Shown: positions 50,250 through 64,000 of the stretch, in pieces
How positions within the stretch are numbered: the stretch's first letter is position 1
Layout: every line of letters starts with the position of its first letter
Assembly (NCBI RefSeq): GCF_009914755.1
Contig: NC_060928.1
Reading direction: 5' to 3' (one strand)
Source: the human T2T-CHM13v2.0 reference genome, Homo sapiens
Length of the DNA: 64,000 bases
Position numbers and translations under genes: made by a program
The notes under the pieces: generated by a model
Seen by the model: the letters and a program-made list of their open reading frames with translations, nothing else
Told to the model about the DNA's origin: nothing
The model's database searches: none

Positions 50250-51339
50250 CAGTGCCGTCCACTCTTAAAACCACAAGTGACTGGCTGACCCCAGGCTCTC
50301 CTGGGACAGAGGCTGTCACAGACCCTGAGCCTCTGGCCTCATCCCCAGCTGCCTGTATGCACTGGGTCACAGGACCAGCACCCCACAAGCTCAGCTTGGC
50401 CTCAGAGAGGCCTCTCTAGGCAGGATGGAGGCAAAGCTGCCCCTTGCTGTCTTCCATCTGTGGGAGGGGGCGGCTTCCCCTGTCCTCGGTGGCTTGCCGG
50501 ATGCCAAGTGTGGGAGGAGGTCACCTCCCGTAAACCCCTGGGCTGCCTGGCAAGCCCTGTGGGACCCTCTGAGCGAAGAGAAATGGGTGCGTGCGTGAGG
50601 GTACGGTGCTGCTGGCCACACTGCTGGGGAGCCCGGTGGACGGCTGCTGCTCCACCCCTGCCCGGACGCCCCCAGTGAAAGGCGGACCTGGAAGCAATGT
50701 GCCAGGCGTGGTCTCAGCCCTGAGGGCCTCCGCCGACCAGTGGCTTCTTCCCCACGTTTATTATAAGCCACTGGGCCATTGCCCAAAAGGTGTCCCCTGC
50801 AGGGTAGAGACCTGTGTGAATCTCTTGCCTCACAGAGCCCCAAAATCTAAATCGGAATCGCACACGTCTCTACACACAGCAAGGCCTTCCTCCTGGCCTG
50901 TCGTGGCCGGGTCCGTGTGTCTCCCCACACCTCACTGAAACAAACCCTGGGGACACATTTTAGAACAATCTTTCAATCTCTCCTGAGGCCGTTACAGCCT
51001 CCTCTGTGTCAAACCCCCCTCCGTCTCCCCTGTATAGGAACACTGGGATTACACTCAGGGCCCACTCGGATAACTAGAATCATCTCTACGTCTTGGATGC
51101 TTCACGGAACCATGCCTGCAGGCGCTCGCCATGTGAGGCGACAGGCGCGGGCCTGGACAGGACGGAGGGCGTCTTCAGGAGGCTCTCCTCCCCTCTCACT
51201 TCACTTTTCCCATACAGCACCTGTGCCACTCTTGCTGTAAATCCTAATTCCCCAGAAATATGTGAAACCCTGTAACATGATTGTTTTATGCGGTTACGAT
51301 TCATTAGGTTTATACACAATATACCGTTTCTGTTGCTTT

Positions 51340-51850
51340 TGTTGGGGTTCAGAAAATGTCACCCGGAGTGAAGGCCTTGGAAGCCAGGCCTTCTCCTGCC
51401 TCCTGTCTCTGGCCCCTCATTGTCCCAGGCAGGTCGTAGAAACCTAAGCCCCTTTTCCCCAAAGCCAGCCATAAACCTAAAAGTATGACTCTAATAACTT
51501 TTCTCTGTCTTTCTGTGTAAAAACTGGCCATAAAGGAATTCTCTGGCCTGCCTTGTTTGACTGTATGTGGTCAGACCCCTATTCCGGGGCGTTGTGCCCC
51601 CACCCAGCAGGAAGGAGAGCTGCAGAGAGAGGCCTCCAGGAACCGAAGCAGATGGGCCTCGCTGGGCTCCCCCAGGAGTCTGTTAGCCTGTCAGGTCTTA
51701 ACCTTTCGTCCAATCCTATTTCCAGATTCACAGAACCTGAGTATAAAAATGTGGTTTCCCCTGCGCCTTTAGGTCTTTGCTCTGAAAGCTGCTGTGTCAC
51801 ATAAAACTACAATCCAAGAAATCTGTGTACCCTTTTAGTGAAACTTCAGA
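51340..51850 (+). mobile_element. MER39-like ERV1 LTR
   Basis: Starts TGTTGGGGTTCAGAAAA...GAAGGCC...CCTTCTCCTGCCTCCTGTCTCTGGCCCCTCATT, as in recalled MER39. Confidence 0.6.
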
Positions 51851-51964
51851 AAGGCAGGGGAGGTTTTCCCTTCCCCCCGCACTCTTCACTTCTTCCTCTG
51901 CACCTCTGAGCTGGGATTTGGGACATCATTCTTTCTACTTGAAGAACACCATTTAATTTTGTCT

Positions 51965-54352
51965 TTTCTTTTTGAAACAGGGTCTCACTCTGTTGCCCAG
52001 GCTGGAGTGCAGTGACGTGATCTTGGTTCACTGCAGCCTCTGCCTCCCAGGTTAAAGCAATTCTCCTGCCTCAGCCTCCTGAGTAGCTGGGATTACAGAC
52101 GCATGCCACCACGCCCGGCTAATTTTTGTATTTTTGGTAGAGACAGGGTTTCACCATGTTGGCCAGGCTGGTCTCGAACTCCTGACCTCAGGTGATCTGC
52201 CCGCCTCAGCCTCCCAAAGTGCTGGGATTACAGGCATGAGCCACCTTGCTCAGCCTAGTTGGATTTAATTTGCTGTTAAACCAATTCGTTATCAGCTTTA
52301 CTGAGATATGATTTACATACAATAAAATGAAGCAAGTTCAAGTGTATCATTCAATAAATTTTTACTAAGTTTCATGAGGTTTTAATATTTTTTTCAATGT
52401 TTTCATTTTGAAAAATTTCAAACTCACAGAAAAGTTGCAATAACAGTATATAGTTTTCACCCAGGTTCACCAACTGTTAATATTTTGCTACCTTTGCTTT
52501 TATCTCAGTCTCTGTATGTAATCTAAATTTATTGTTTTGCTTTAATTTCCAGAGCAACTTTGGTTACAAATCTATTGATTCTTCACCTCTAAACCCTTCA
52601 GCATGGATCACAAATGAACAAAAAATCTCCATTCACAACCGTGATGCAATCATTGAGTCGTTTAATAATTCTGGAGTTTGACCCAGCGCGGTGGCTCATG
52701 CCTATAATCCCAGCACTTTGGGAGGCCGAGGCAGGTGGATCATTCGAGGTCAGGAGGTCGAGACCAGCCTGGCCAGGATGGTAAAACGCTGTCTCTACTG
52801 AAAATACAAAAATTGGCTGGGCGTGGTGGCTCATGCCTGTAATCCCAGCTACTCAGGAGGCTGAGGCAGAGGTTGCAATGAGCTGAGATCGCACCACTGC
52901 ACTCCAGCCTGGACAACAGAGTGAGACTTCGTTTAAAAAAACAAAAAACAAAAACAAAAAAAATTCTGGAGTTTATCATTGGTAGAATTTTGTTGCACAA
53001 TGTACAAGGCATATTCCAAATTGTGAATGTCCCCATCATGCACTTTGTAATAATTTTTCCTGACCCGGATCCATTCCAGCACCGTGCAGTGAGGACTTCT
53101 GTCTGTTTTTGTTTTGTTTTACCTTCCTCCAGGGAAGGTGTACTTTTCTGTCCACAGGTGTCCCGGTGAGCGGCTCACCTTAATTCTCTCAGGGCTTGAG
53201 GTGATTTAAGGCTGGCTTCAGTCCCCACAAAGACAATTCTGTTGCTGGTTTACCTTTGCTTTTAGGGGATAGAACTTTGGGGTCCCAAGAAAAACCCAAA
53301 GTCTTTACCAGGCCCCCCGCCTGAGCCTCGACTTCTGTCCTGTGGCCACAGTGTGAGGAACGAACGCAGCAGCGTGTCGCCATGTCTTGTGTGGCTGGGA
53401 TACGCTGCAGGGGTGTGGAGTCGCCGCCCCAAAGCGGGCCCCGCCCCCTCCCGGCTTGTCCCTGCAGAGCCCCGAGGCCTCAGAGGCTCCTCAGAGCTCC
53501 CAGTGCCCTGGACGGTTCCGTGCAGCGCTCTCCAGTTCTGATGGTTGCTCTCAGGAGGCGGCTGGTCTGAAACAATTCAGTTTCCATTGCTGTGTCCTGC
53601 ACCACGGTGTGGGACTGGTGGTTTCTTACTGTTTTTCTCAGTTCTCTGACGCTTTGAGGAATTGTTTTTAAAGCGAGTTATCCATCATTTTAGTTGTTTT
53701 CTCTGGGGTCGTTGGACTGAGGGTCTTACCCCGCTGTTCCTGGAGACAGTTCTGTACTTGCATGGTTTCTCTCGCCTTTCCCTCCCTTTCTTACTTTTTA
53801 GTTTCTTAATGAATTTTTTTGTATTATGTTTTTCCTCCTTGCTAATTTGGAATATATACACACTATTTCACTTTTAAATGGCTAATCACTTTTAATGCAA
53901 TTTCAACATAAGAAGACCTAATGTTAAGCAATATTTTAACCCCTCTCCCCAAAATAAAAAGACCCAGAACACTGTAACTCTAATTATCCTTCTCCCAACT
54001 TAGAGAGGATTATTGTCCAGTATTTTCGTTTTGTTAGTAGACTGTTCTTTTTTTCTTTTCTTTTTTTAGAGATGGGGTCTCATTTTGTCAACCAGGCTGG
54101 AATGTAGTGGTGTGATCATGGCCCGTCTCAGCCTTGAACTCCTAAGCTCAAGCAATCTCCCACCTCAATTTCGTGGGTAGCTGGGCCTCACAGGCATATA
54201 CCATCGCATCTGGCTAAATTTTTTTTTTGTACAGATGGGGTCTTGGTACATCTCCCAGGCCGATTTCAAACTCCAGGCCTCAAGTGATCCTCCCGTGTTG
54301 GCCTGCAATTCCAAAGTGCTGGGATTGCAGGTGTGAGCCACCGCACCAAGCC
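51965..54352. mobile_element. Alus (minus 51965-52256, plus 52680-52962, minus 54055-54352) among old AT-rich L1-like fragments
   Basis: Alu consensus. Confidence 0.75.
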
Positions 54353-54423
54353 TGTTCTTTCCATTATTATTTTTATACAATGTTTGCTTGGATTCACACA
54401 TGCATACATGGACTACACATGTA

Positions 54424-54733
54424 CTACAGTTGTCCCATGGTATCCTCGGGGTATTGGTTCCAGGACCCTCCCAGATACCAAAATTTGCAGGTGCTCAAGT
54501 ACTTGATATAAAATGGCACAGTATTTGCACATTACCTACGCACATCCTACTGTGTAGTTTAAATCAAGATTACTTATAGTCCCTAAAACAATGTAAATGC
54601 TCTGTAAATAGCTGTTATACTGTATTGTTTTAAAATATGTATTATTTCGTATTGCTTTGGCTTTAAAACAATATTTTCAGTCTGCTTGGTTGAATCCATG
54701 GATCTGAAGCCAAGTGTAAGGAGGGCCCAGTGT
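54424..54733. mobile_element. MER2-like Tigger-family DNA transposon remnant
   Basis: TACAGTTGTCCC...GGTTCCAGGACCCTCCCAGATACCAAAAT...CTCAAGT...ATAAAATGGC. Confidence 0.7.
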
Positions 54734-54949
54734 GCTCTTCTGGGGTAATTCTCCTTCCTGCTAAAGCGCACGCTTTACTCAGGAGGCTGGGGTGAGAAAA
54801 TCGCTGAAGCCCCGGAGATGGAGGTTGCAGTGAGCTGAGATCGCGCCACTGCACCTCAGCCTGGGCGACAAAGCAAGACTCTGTCTCAAAAACACACAAA
54901 AACAGAGAAAAACAAGACAGTAATGGCTCAACTCACATAGCACCAACGG

Positions 54950-55600
<651 letters not shown>

Positions 55601-55807
55601 TCTTTGAGGTAAACCAGGAGTCTCCCCTGGGAGTGGACGGCCCTGCAGCGGGACCTGGCCTGCCTGTCCCATTCCTTCCACCTAGAGCTGAGGTACCCGC
55701 CTTCCTGGCAGGGCCAGGGCCAGGGCTGGCGTTGGCCCCTCGTCTTACTGCTGCTGCCGTTCCCCATGAAGATGGGACCTCCCCACATTCCTGGCCCTAA
55801 GGGTCAT

Positions 55808-55813
55808 TTTATT
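55808..55813 (-). terminator. SLC26A1: Probable SLC26A1 poly(A) signal AATAAA
   Basis: First minus-strand AATAAA seen downstream of the SLC26A1 stop at 56964. Confidence 0.65.
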
Positions 55814-55904
55814 AGTCACTGAACGCACGGGCAGCGCCTGGATCCTGCGCCCGGGCAGTCCTGGGCTTGAACGTGTGTGTCAGCCGCGCTGCCAGCCATG
55901 CTGA

Positions 55905-56234
<330 letters not shown>

Positions 56235-56963
56235 TGAGGGCTGTGTGCTGGAGGGAGCCCCTGCATGGGGCACGGTGGGCTTCCTGCAGGTCTCCCTGCA
56301 GGCTCAGGGTTGGCTGCGCCGCACCTGGCTCCTGGTGCACCCGTGAGCATCCCTGTGTGTGTCTGCTGGCCAGGCTGGGTAGGGCCACTGCACCTGAGGG
56401 CTGAGCTGAGGTCTCATCGGTCACAGCACCCTGGGCCCTGACGCTGGTGCAGGTGGCCACCCTGTGAGGGGGAGGCACGAGGTGTGAGGGGCACTTGGGT
56501 GTGTGGGGCCTTCTGGAAACACAGAGACCCTCGTGCACTTGGCCAGAGCCGCTGGCTCCTACCAGCAGGGTGGGCACCGGGCAGGCCTGGGCATAGGGAG
56601 TCCTCTTGGCACCTTGGAGGCTGCATGATGGCGGGGGACCCTTGTTCAAATAAGATGTCAACCCTGAGCGTCAGGTCAGGCCCATCCCTTCTGAGCTGAG
56701 GGACGGTGCATTGGGGCCCAGCCAGCACTGTGGGCCAGCCTGTCTCGGAGGCAGAGGTTCTTGATTTCTGAGTGTTTGGGTCCTGCGTGTGATCAGAGGG
56801 CCTCCTTTCCCAGTTGGGGTTCCCCGGTTTCCCCAGGGCAGCTGTGGCACAAGAGTGCAGCTCTTGGGTGGCTCCTCCCTGGGAAGGGTCTCAGCAGTGG
56901 CTTGCAGACGTCTGCTGTGGGTCCCCAGGAGGGAGCAGAGGCTGCTGGGCAGGCCTGGCCCTG

Positions 56964-58493
56964 CTACAGATGGGCATCGGTGGCCTCCAGCTCCCTGTGG
57001 CGGGCTCGTGCTGTCTGCACGGCATCGTGCACACTGAGGAACAGCTGCTCCTCCTCAGCCGTGTCCCCGGGGCCCTCCCCGAGGAAGCCTCCTCTGCTCA
57101 GAATGTCTCTCACAGGCGGGCTGCAGCAGGCTAGCAGCAGGCTGATGCCCAGGGCCCCGTAGTCTCGGCGCAGGTCCTGCAGCGTGCTCACACCGGCTGC
57201 GTCTAGGAACAGCAGCGGGGCGCAGTCGATGACCACTGTGTGGAAGCCGGCCGCTGCGGGCACCAGCGCAGCCCTGGTGCTAACCGGGCCCAGGTCCTCG
57301 CCCTGGGCAGGGCCTCCCTCACCGACCCCCGTCTCTGAGCCCCCCTCCTTCCTCCTGGCAGCCATGCACCCTGCGTCCAGCCCCGTGAGGCTGTAGAGTG
57401 ACCGCAGGAAGAAGTCCTTGTTGGCATAGTACAGCGGCCCCCCAAAGCGGAACACCCGCACGCCGGGCTCAGGGACGAGGCCCTCGAACTCTGTGGCATC
57501 CTCGTAGAAGGCCGTGTCCCCGATGCGGGCCAGCAGGGCGGTGCGTGGGCGTTGGGTGCGGCCGGCCAGGCTGAGCAGCGAGAGGATGACGCCAGCCAGC
57601 AGCCCGGCCTCTGTGCTGACCAGCATACAGGTGGCCGCGGTGCCTGCCCAGACCAGCGCGTCAGCCGGGCTCATCCGCCACAGCCGCGGGAGGTCCCACA
57701 CCTTGCGCAGGGCCCCCCGCAGGCTGACCACGATGACGCAGGCCAGCACGCTTCGCTGTAGGTCGTGGAACAGCGGTGCCAGCGCCAGCAGCACCAGCAG
57801 CACCACGGTGGCGCTGACCACGCTGGACAGCTGTGTCCGGCAGCCAGTGGCTGTCTTCACCAGGCTCTTGGCCAGGGCGGCGCTGGTGGCGAAGCAGTGG
57901 AGGAAGGCGGGTAGCACGTTGCAGCAGCCCACAGCCAGCAGCTCCTGGTTGGCACGCACAGAGTAGCCGTGACTGCGGGCGAACATCTCCGCCAGCGAGA
58001 TGGAGAAGGCGGCAGCCACGAGGGCCGGGGCCACGGCATCCAAAGCCACACGCTGCATCAGCCTGGGCTCTGGGACCTGAGGGGGCATGAAACCCGTGGG
58101 GATGTCGCCAGCCACGCTCGAGCCAAAGCGCTTGTGGAGCTGCCCGAAGTGCGACACGAGTGTGGCCACCACGATGACCAGCAGCTCCGTGGGCAGCGGC
58201 ACCCTCAGGCGGTGTCGGTAGCGGTCTGAGAGCTCCTTCGCGGCTAGCAGCACCGCCAGGCACACCGTGCTGGTGACCACGTCGCACACGTTGGCCTGCC
58301 CGGCGCCGCGCAGCAGGCTCAGCCATGTGAGGACCACCATGCCGGGCCCCTGGTGCCGCGGGATCCGCACGCCCAGCAGGTGTTTGAGCTGCGAGGTCAG
58401 GATGGTCACGGAGGCCCCCATGGCAAAGCCATCGAGCAGTGGCTGTGAGAGGTAGGCGGACACGAAGCCCAGCCGGAGGACGCCCATGAGGAC
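56964..58493 (-). CDS. SLC26A1: Sulfate anion transporter 1, last coding exon (aa 193-701, TM core + STAS domain)
   Basis: cag|[12 protein letters not shown]...NQELLAVG...FGGPLYYAN...[14 protein letters not shown]...DAHL*. Confidence 0.97.
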   Translation of the reverse strand, partial: VLMGVLRLGFVSAYLSQPLLDGFAMGASVTILTSQLKHLLGVRIPRHQGPGMVVLTWLSLLRGAGQANVCDVVTSTVCLAVLLAAKELSDRYRHRLRVPLPTELLVIVVATLVSHFGQLHKRFGSSVAGDIPTGFMPPQVPEPRLMQRVALDAVAPALVAAAFSISLAEMFARSHGYSVRANQELLAVGCCNVLPAFLHCFATSAALAKSLVKTATGCRTQLSSVVSATVVLLVLLALAPLFHDLQRSVLACVIVVSLRGALRKVWDLPRLWRMSPADALVWAGTAATCMLVSTEAGLLAGVILSLLSLAGRTQRPRTALLARIGDTAFYEDATEFEGLVPEPGVRVFRFGGPLYYANKDFFLRSLYSLTGLDAGCMAARRKEGGSETGVGEGGPAQGEDLGPVSTRAALVPAAAGFHTVVIDCAPLLFLDAAGVSTLQDLRRDYGALGISLLLACCSPPVRDILSRGGFLGEGPGDTAEEEQLFLSVHDAVQTARARHRELEATDAHL

Positions 58494-59258
58494 CTGTGGA
58501 CGGAGTGCGGTCAGGCCAGCAGGCGCCTGGCGGGAGCCACCTGCCCCTCACCAGCACCTGGCATGGCCCGAGGGGTGGTGGTCACGGCACAGGACCTGAC
58601 AATTCTGTGTTGCGGCCCCGTGTGTTCCAAACCAGACTCCTCACACGGGCCTGAGTTCTGGTTCCACGCGTGCTCATGCCCGCAGACAACTGTGACATCC
58701 ACGTGAGCATCACACGTGCACACAGCTGGCCATAGACACGTCTAACCCTTGTCACGTGCAGCAGCCCGTTTTATTTCAGAATTAAGACCTCTGGTATCAG
58801 AAGGCAACCCCTTCCTGCTGCTTCCTACACATGGTGCCCACTGCCCCCCATGCAGATGTGGAGCCAACGGGGGCCAAGGTGGACAGGCCAAGGCAGGAGA
58901 CCTTCGGGGGTGGGGAGGCCATCCCCCACTCCACCTAGGACAGAAGGCCTGGGAGGCCACATGGCCTCAGTCCAGCACCACTGAGCCACAGCCACACCTG
59001 GCCTGCTGGTCCCCACCAAGGCCATGGCCCACCGGACTGGCTCCCCGTGCCCCTCCCCTCCTGCATCCACAGCCTCTCCGCGTCGGTGCCTCGCCCTGGG
59101 ATGCCCCGGCACGCCCCAGCTCTGCCCAAGCCTTGCTGTCTTGGGCCAGCACCTCCTCTGCCAACCCTGTGCTTGCCCCCAGCCTTGCCCTCGTGGATGG
59201 CCAAAACCTAAGCGGGGGTGCCCTGGGCCCCTCCCTGTGCCCAAGCAGGGCTCCTCAC

Positions 59259-59834
59259 CTGGTAAAGCCCGGTCATCAGCGTGAGGGCGGTGGCGACACG
59301 GATGGCGTAGCAGTCACGCCCGCAGTCCAGCATGGCAGCCGAGCCGTTGAGGGTGCTGCTGTTGGCTCCGGGCTGCAGGCCGTCCTGGGAGGGGTCAAAG
59401 CCGGCCAGCTGGAGCTCCCGGTCCACCACCTGCCCCACCATGAGGCAAAGCAGGCTGAAGATGCCCACGGAGACATGCCGTGAGGTGCCCATGAGGAAGT
59501 AGATGAGGTTGGCGAAGAAGGACGTATAGAGGCTGTAGATGGGCTGCAGCCCGGCCAGCAATGAGTAGGCGATGGCCTGCGGCACCAGGATGATGCCGAT
59601 GACCAGCCCAGACATGACGTCGCCTGCCAGGTACTCCCGCGGGCGGTACTGACGCAGCCAGCGCGTGGCGGGGAGCAGGTCCTGCACCAGCGCCCGGACG
59701 CACAGCACACTGCACGAGCAGCTGCACCACAGCCTGGCCTTCAGCATCTCACGCAGACCCCGGGGTGCTGGGCGCTGCCGTCGGACCGGCACCGGCCCTC
59801 TGCCCTGCTGCAGAGGCTCAGGGGACTCGTCCAT
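59259..59834 (-). CDS. SLC26A1: SLC26A1 first coding exon (aa 1-192; exon starts 59861)
   Basis: [10 protein letters not shown]...GDVMSGL...[11 protein letters not shown]...GTSRHVSVG...TGLYQ|gtgag; SLC26 signature. Confidence 0.97.
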
Positions 59835-61431
59835 CCTGTTGCGTCAGGTCCCGTGGCCGACCTGCGGCCGAGAAGAGGGCATGGTCACAGGAGCCCCCGG
59901 ATCCAGGGCCAAACGACAAGGTCCCCGGCAGCAACGGGCCCCTTGGGGCGGACCCCTCGCCCACCCAGGGCCGGGGATTGGTGCTGGGCCTTCTCCTGGC
60001 AGCGCGGGCCCCAGCCCCCTGCCCGGTATGGATGGACGCTGGGCCCTGCTGGATCCAGAATCCATCGTGGGGTGAGATGGGATTACGACACCAAGCCCAT
60101 GCCATGGGGTGTGCTGAGGCCAGCAGTGCTGAGGGGCGGCGTGGCGGCACCCTGTCCAGGCTCAGCTCCGGCCTATTGGCTCTGCGGTTCCTGGCTGAAA
60201 ACCACCCTGTAGCCTCCTGAAGCTCACCTCCCCAACGGGGCAGGAACAGGCTGGGCTGCCACCACGCACATGTGCCTACCGTCAGAATGTCACAGTCACT
60301 GGACACAGGTGCAGGCAAGCCTGAGTCCAGCTGCTCCGTGTCCACCTCCCTGGCTCCCCAGGTTGGCAAACGGTCCTGCTGTCCACCCCATGCCCACACC
60401 AGAGCCCTCCCTCCCCCATCCAAACCATCGCCTGCTCTCCTGGAGACACCTCCACCCACCCCTCTGTCACCTGCCCTGTGGGTCCTGGGGCTGGCGGAAG
60501 TCTCAGGAAGAGGCCTCCTATGTCCCTGCCAAGCTTTGTGGGTACTGGGACCCCAAGTCTGCTGGGGGAGCAGCACTCAGACACTAGCCTAGCCCATCCG
60601 CCTGGACTTGGGACAGAATTCTGAGAATATGCCTGGACGGGGGCCCCATCAGGGCCAGCTGGGAGGGGAGGAGGGTGACTGGCGTCTGTCTCCCCTGCCC
60701 AGACAGTTCTGGGACGTGAGGCGCCCTTTTTCCCAGGCTGCACCAGCTCACTGTGGAACGGCCATGACACACTGTCCCGAGGCAGCACCGAGAGGGCCCA
60801 GCCCGCTGCACACAGTCACCCTGGGCCGGCAGAGCCGGAAGGGCACCTGACCTTTCCCTTGATCTCGGAAAACACCGTGGCGTTAGGGAGGCGGTGCTTA
60901 GAGGCCTGACTGGTCCCACGTGAGGCCTCGGGTCTGTCCTGTTTGCAGACTCCAATGTACTTTCACTTTAAACATTCTTCTCAGCGACGTTAGGCAAAGA
61001 CTTTGCTCCCAGGACACCAGGTGCCCAGGACACCCTGGAGCCTGGGCTGAGCCTGCTGTTTGCACGCTGGCCCAGGGTGTGCGAGCTCCAGTCTCCTGGC
61101 GGGTGTGTTGGGGCAGTGAGCCCAGCCTGGTAGGTTGACACATGCAGGCTGGGCACAGCACCCCTGGGGCACAGAGCGGGGGTCCTGGCCCTCAGGCAAC
61201 ATTGCAAGAGTTGTGTCCCCTTCCCTGGAAGACCCCACCACACTGGGTCCCTGGATGCCCTGAAGCCCACCCCAAGCCCCTGGGGTCCAGGTGTGTGGAA
61301 TGGGGACAGTAGGGCCACCTGCCTTGAGCCTGAGGGTGCCCCTAAGAAACCACGAGTCCAGGGCATTTCTGGCCTCGGCTCCCACGCCCCCCTCTGCTGC
61401 AGCTGAGATCTGGGCCCAGGATGGTTCTTAC

Positions 61432-61540
61432 CTGAGGGAGTCCTCACAGGCGCGGAGGGCCCTGGGATGACGAGGGGCTGGCAAGACCACCGAGGACCGC
61501 AGGGCCCTCTGGCTCCCGCGAGCAGCGGGGAGAGTGGGGG
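61432..61540 (-). other. SLC26A1: Probable SLC26A1 non-coding exon 1 (5' end approximate)
   Basis: Strong donor CAG|GTAAG at 61432/61431 in a small CpG-rich patch. Confidence 0.55.
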
Positions 61541-62289
61541 TGGTGGCGCCAACCTGCAGGCAGTGGTCTGTGCCCTGGACTCTGTAGTTCAATTATTTAC
61601 CTACAGATTGCTGAGTCACGGGTTTCTCCAGCCATGTTACCTGATCGGCTGATCCGGGAGTTGAACTGTAATCAGGGGCTTGTAGTAGTTAGAGCTGTGT
61701 GGGCCTCTGAGGAGCTCCCAGCCTCCCAGGAGCGGCTGCAGCTGTGGCTCTGCGGCCCTGCCGGGGGGGCTTAGGGACCAGCGGGAGGCGGGGGCTCAGG
61801 GGCTGAGCACAGGTAAACCTTCAGCTCTGGGGTCTGGGGTCGAGTGCAGCAGCCTTCAAACCCAGGCGGGGCTGAGGGAGGCTTGGTCTCCGTGTCCAGT
61901 CGCCGGACACCCTCCTGGTCCTGCAAGGAGCCAGCCTGGTCCAAGCTGGAGCAGGGCAGAGGCTGACAGCCGGCTCAGCCCAAGGCTGCCGGTGCGTGCA
62001 TATGCGTGTGTGCTCGCGTAAGCCCTGTGTGTGGTGCTCACCGCCCGGGGCGAGGACTGCCGGGGTCAAGGTGCCGTGACTGGCCAGGAGTCCTGGTCTG
62101 ACTGGACCCAGCACCGACCCACAGCGCCTGGTCACCCTCACGGCTCCTCTGCCCTCCCCTCTACCACAGACCAGGACCGGCAGTGCCTGCCTCATAGGGC
62201 TGGGGTGAAGATAAATGATTTTTTTAAGTGAACTAAATTAGGCCCACACGTGAAAATAAGGGTAAGCTGCTTTTTAAAAGGAATTATTA

Positions 62290-63503
<1,214 letters not shown>

Positions 63504-64000
63504 TCCTCGGGAGCCTCAGGTCCCCCCGACTTTGACAGTGAGTACTGGGTGGGAGCCTGCACGGGGCACCTGTGGCCGGAGGGTGAGTGTAACGAGGGGC
63601 TGCAGCCCTCAGTGCTCTCCCATCCCAAGGGAGGCCAGGAGGCTGCGGTGGGTCCCTCGGGTGGGGCTGGAAGGCCAACCCGGCCCTGGCACCTTGGGCA
63701 GCCTGACTCTGTCCGGGGAACAGAAGCCACAGGCTCTACTTCTCCTGTCCATGTGGGATTGAAGCCGAGGGTCTCGCAGAACCAGCTGATGTGCCGGGGC
63801 TCCATTTCCCCAAGACGAGGACACTGACATTGATGGGGCACAGCCCCGGAGGGAGGAGACCCTGGACACTCACCCCACCAAAGGTACCTCCTCGTGGAAG
63901 CCGTCTGCCAAGCGCTGCTAGTTCCCCACAGCCCTGGGTGAGCCCAGGGAAGACTGGGCTGCAGTGCCCCCATTTGGAGGTGAAATGGGAGTGGAATGTA

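Noticed and set aside
57661-58557. 298-aa alternative-frame ORF inside the SLC26A1 exon
   Set aside because: Starts in the intron; typical GC3-rich shadow frame

Overview
Human genomic DNA recognisable from its translated exons as the 4p16.3 GAK-TMEM175-DGKQ-IDUA-SLC26A1 locus, an established Parkinson's disease GWAS region. The window holds GAK coding exon 1 (minus), head-to-head with the complete TMEM175 gene (plus; 10 coding exons summing to 1515 nt = 504 aa + stop). It also holds the complete DGKQ gene (minus; 23 exons summing to 2829 nt = 942 aa + stop), IDUA exons 1-2 (plus), and SLC26A1 (minus; 701 aa) nested antisense in IDUA intron 2. Interspersed repeats include many Alus, old L1/L2/MLT/MER elements and a 3'-truncated SVA with a target-site duplication upstream of DGKQ. 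I found no wholly new gene system. The most notable observations are: (1) local repeats that duplicate real splice sites, namely a (TG)n-linked in-frame second donor after TMEM175 exon 7, a stop-containing duplicate acceptor before TMEM175 exon 6, and a VNTR carrying three out-of-frame decoy acceptors before DGKQ exon 22; (2) this haplotype encodes SLC26A1 Pro348 (recalled reference Leu348; L348P was reported with low serum sulfate); (3) extensive SLC26A1/IDUA antisense overlap. Gene, variant and repeat-family names come from recall, not from database searches.
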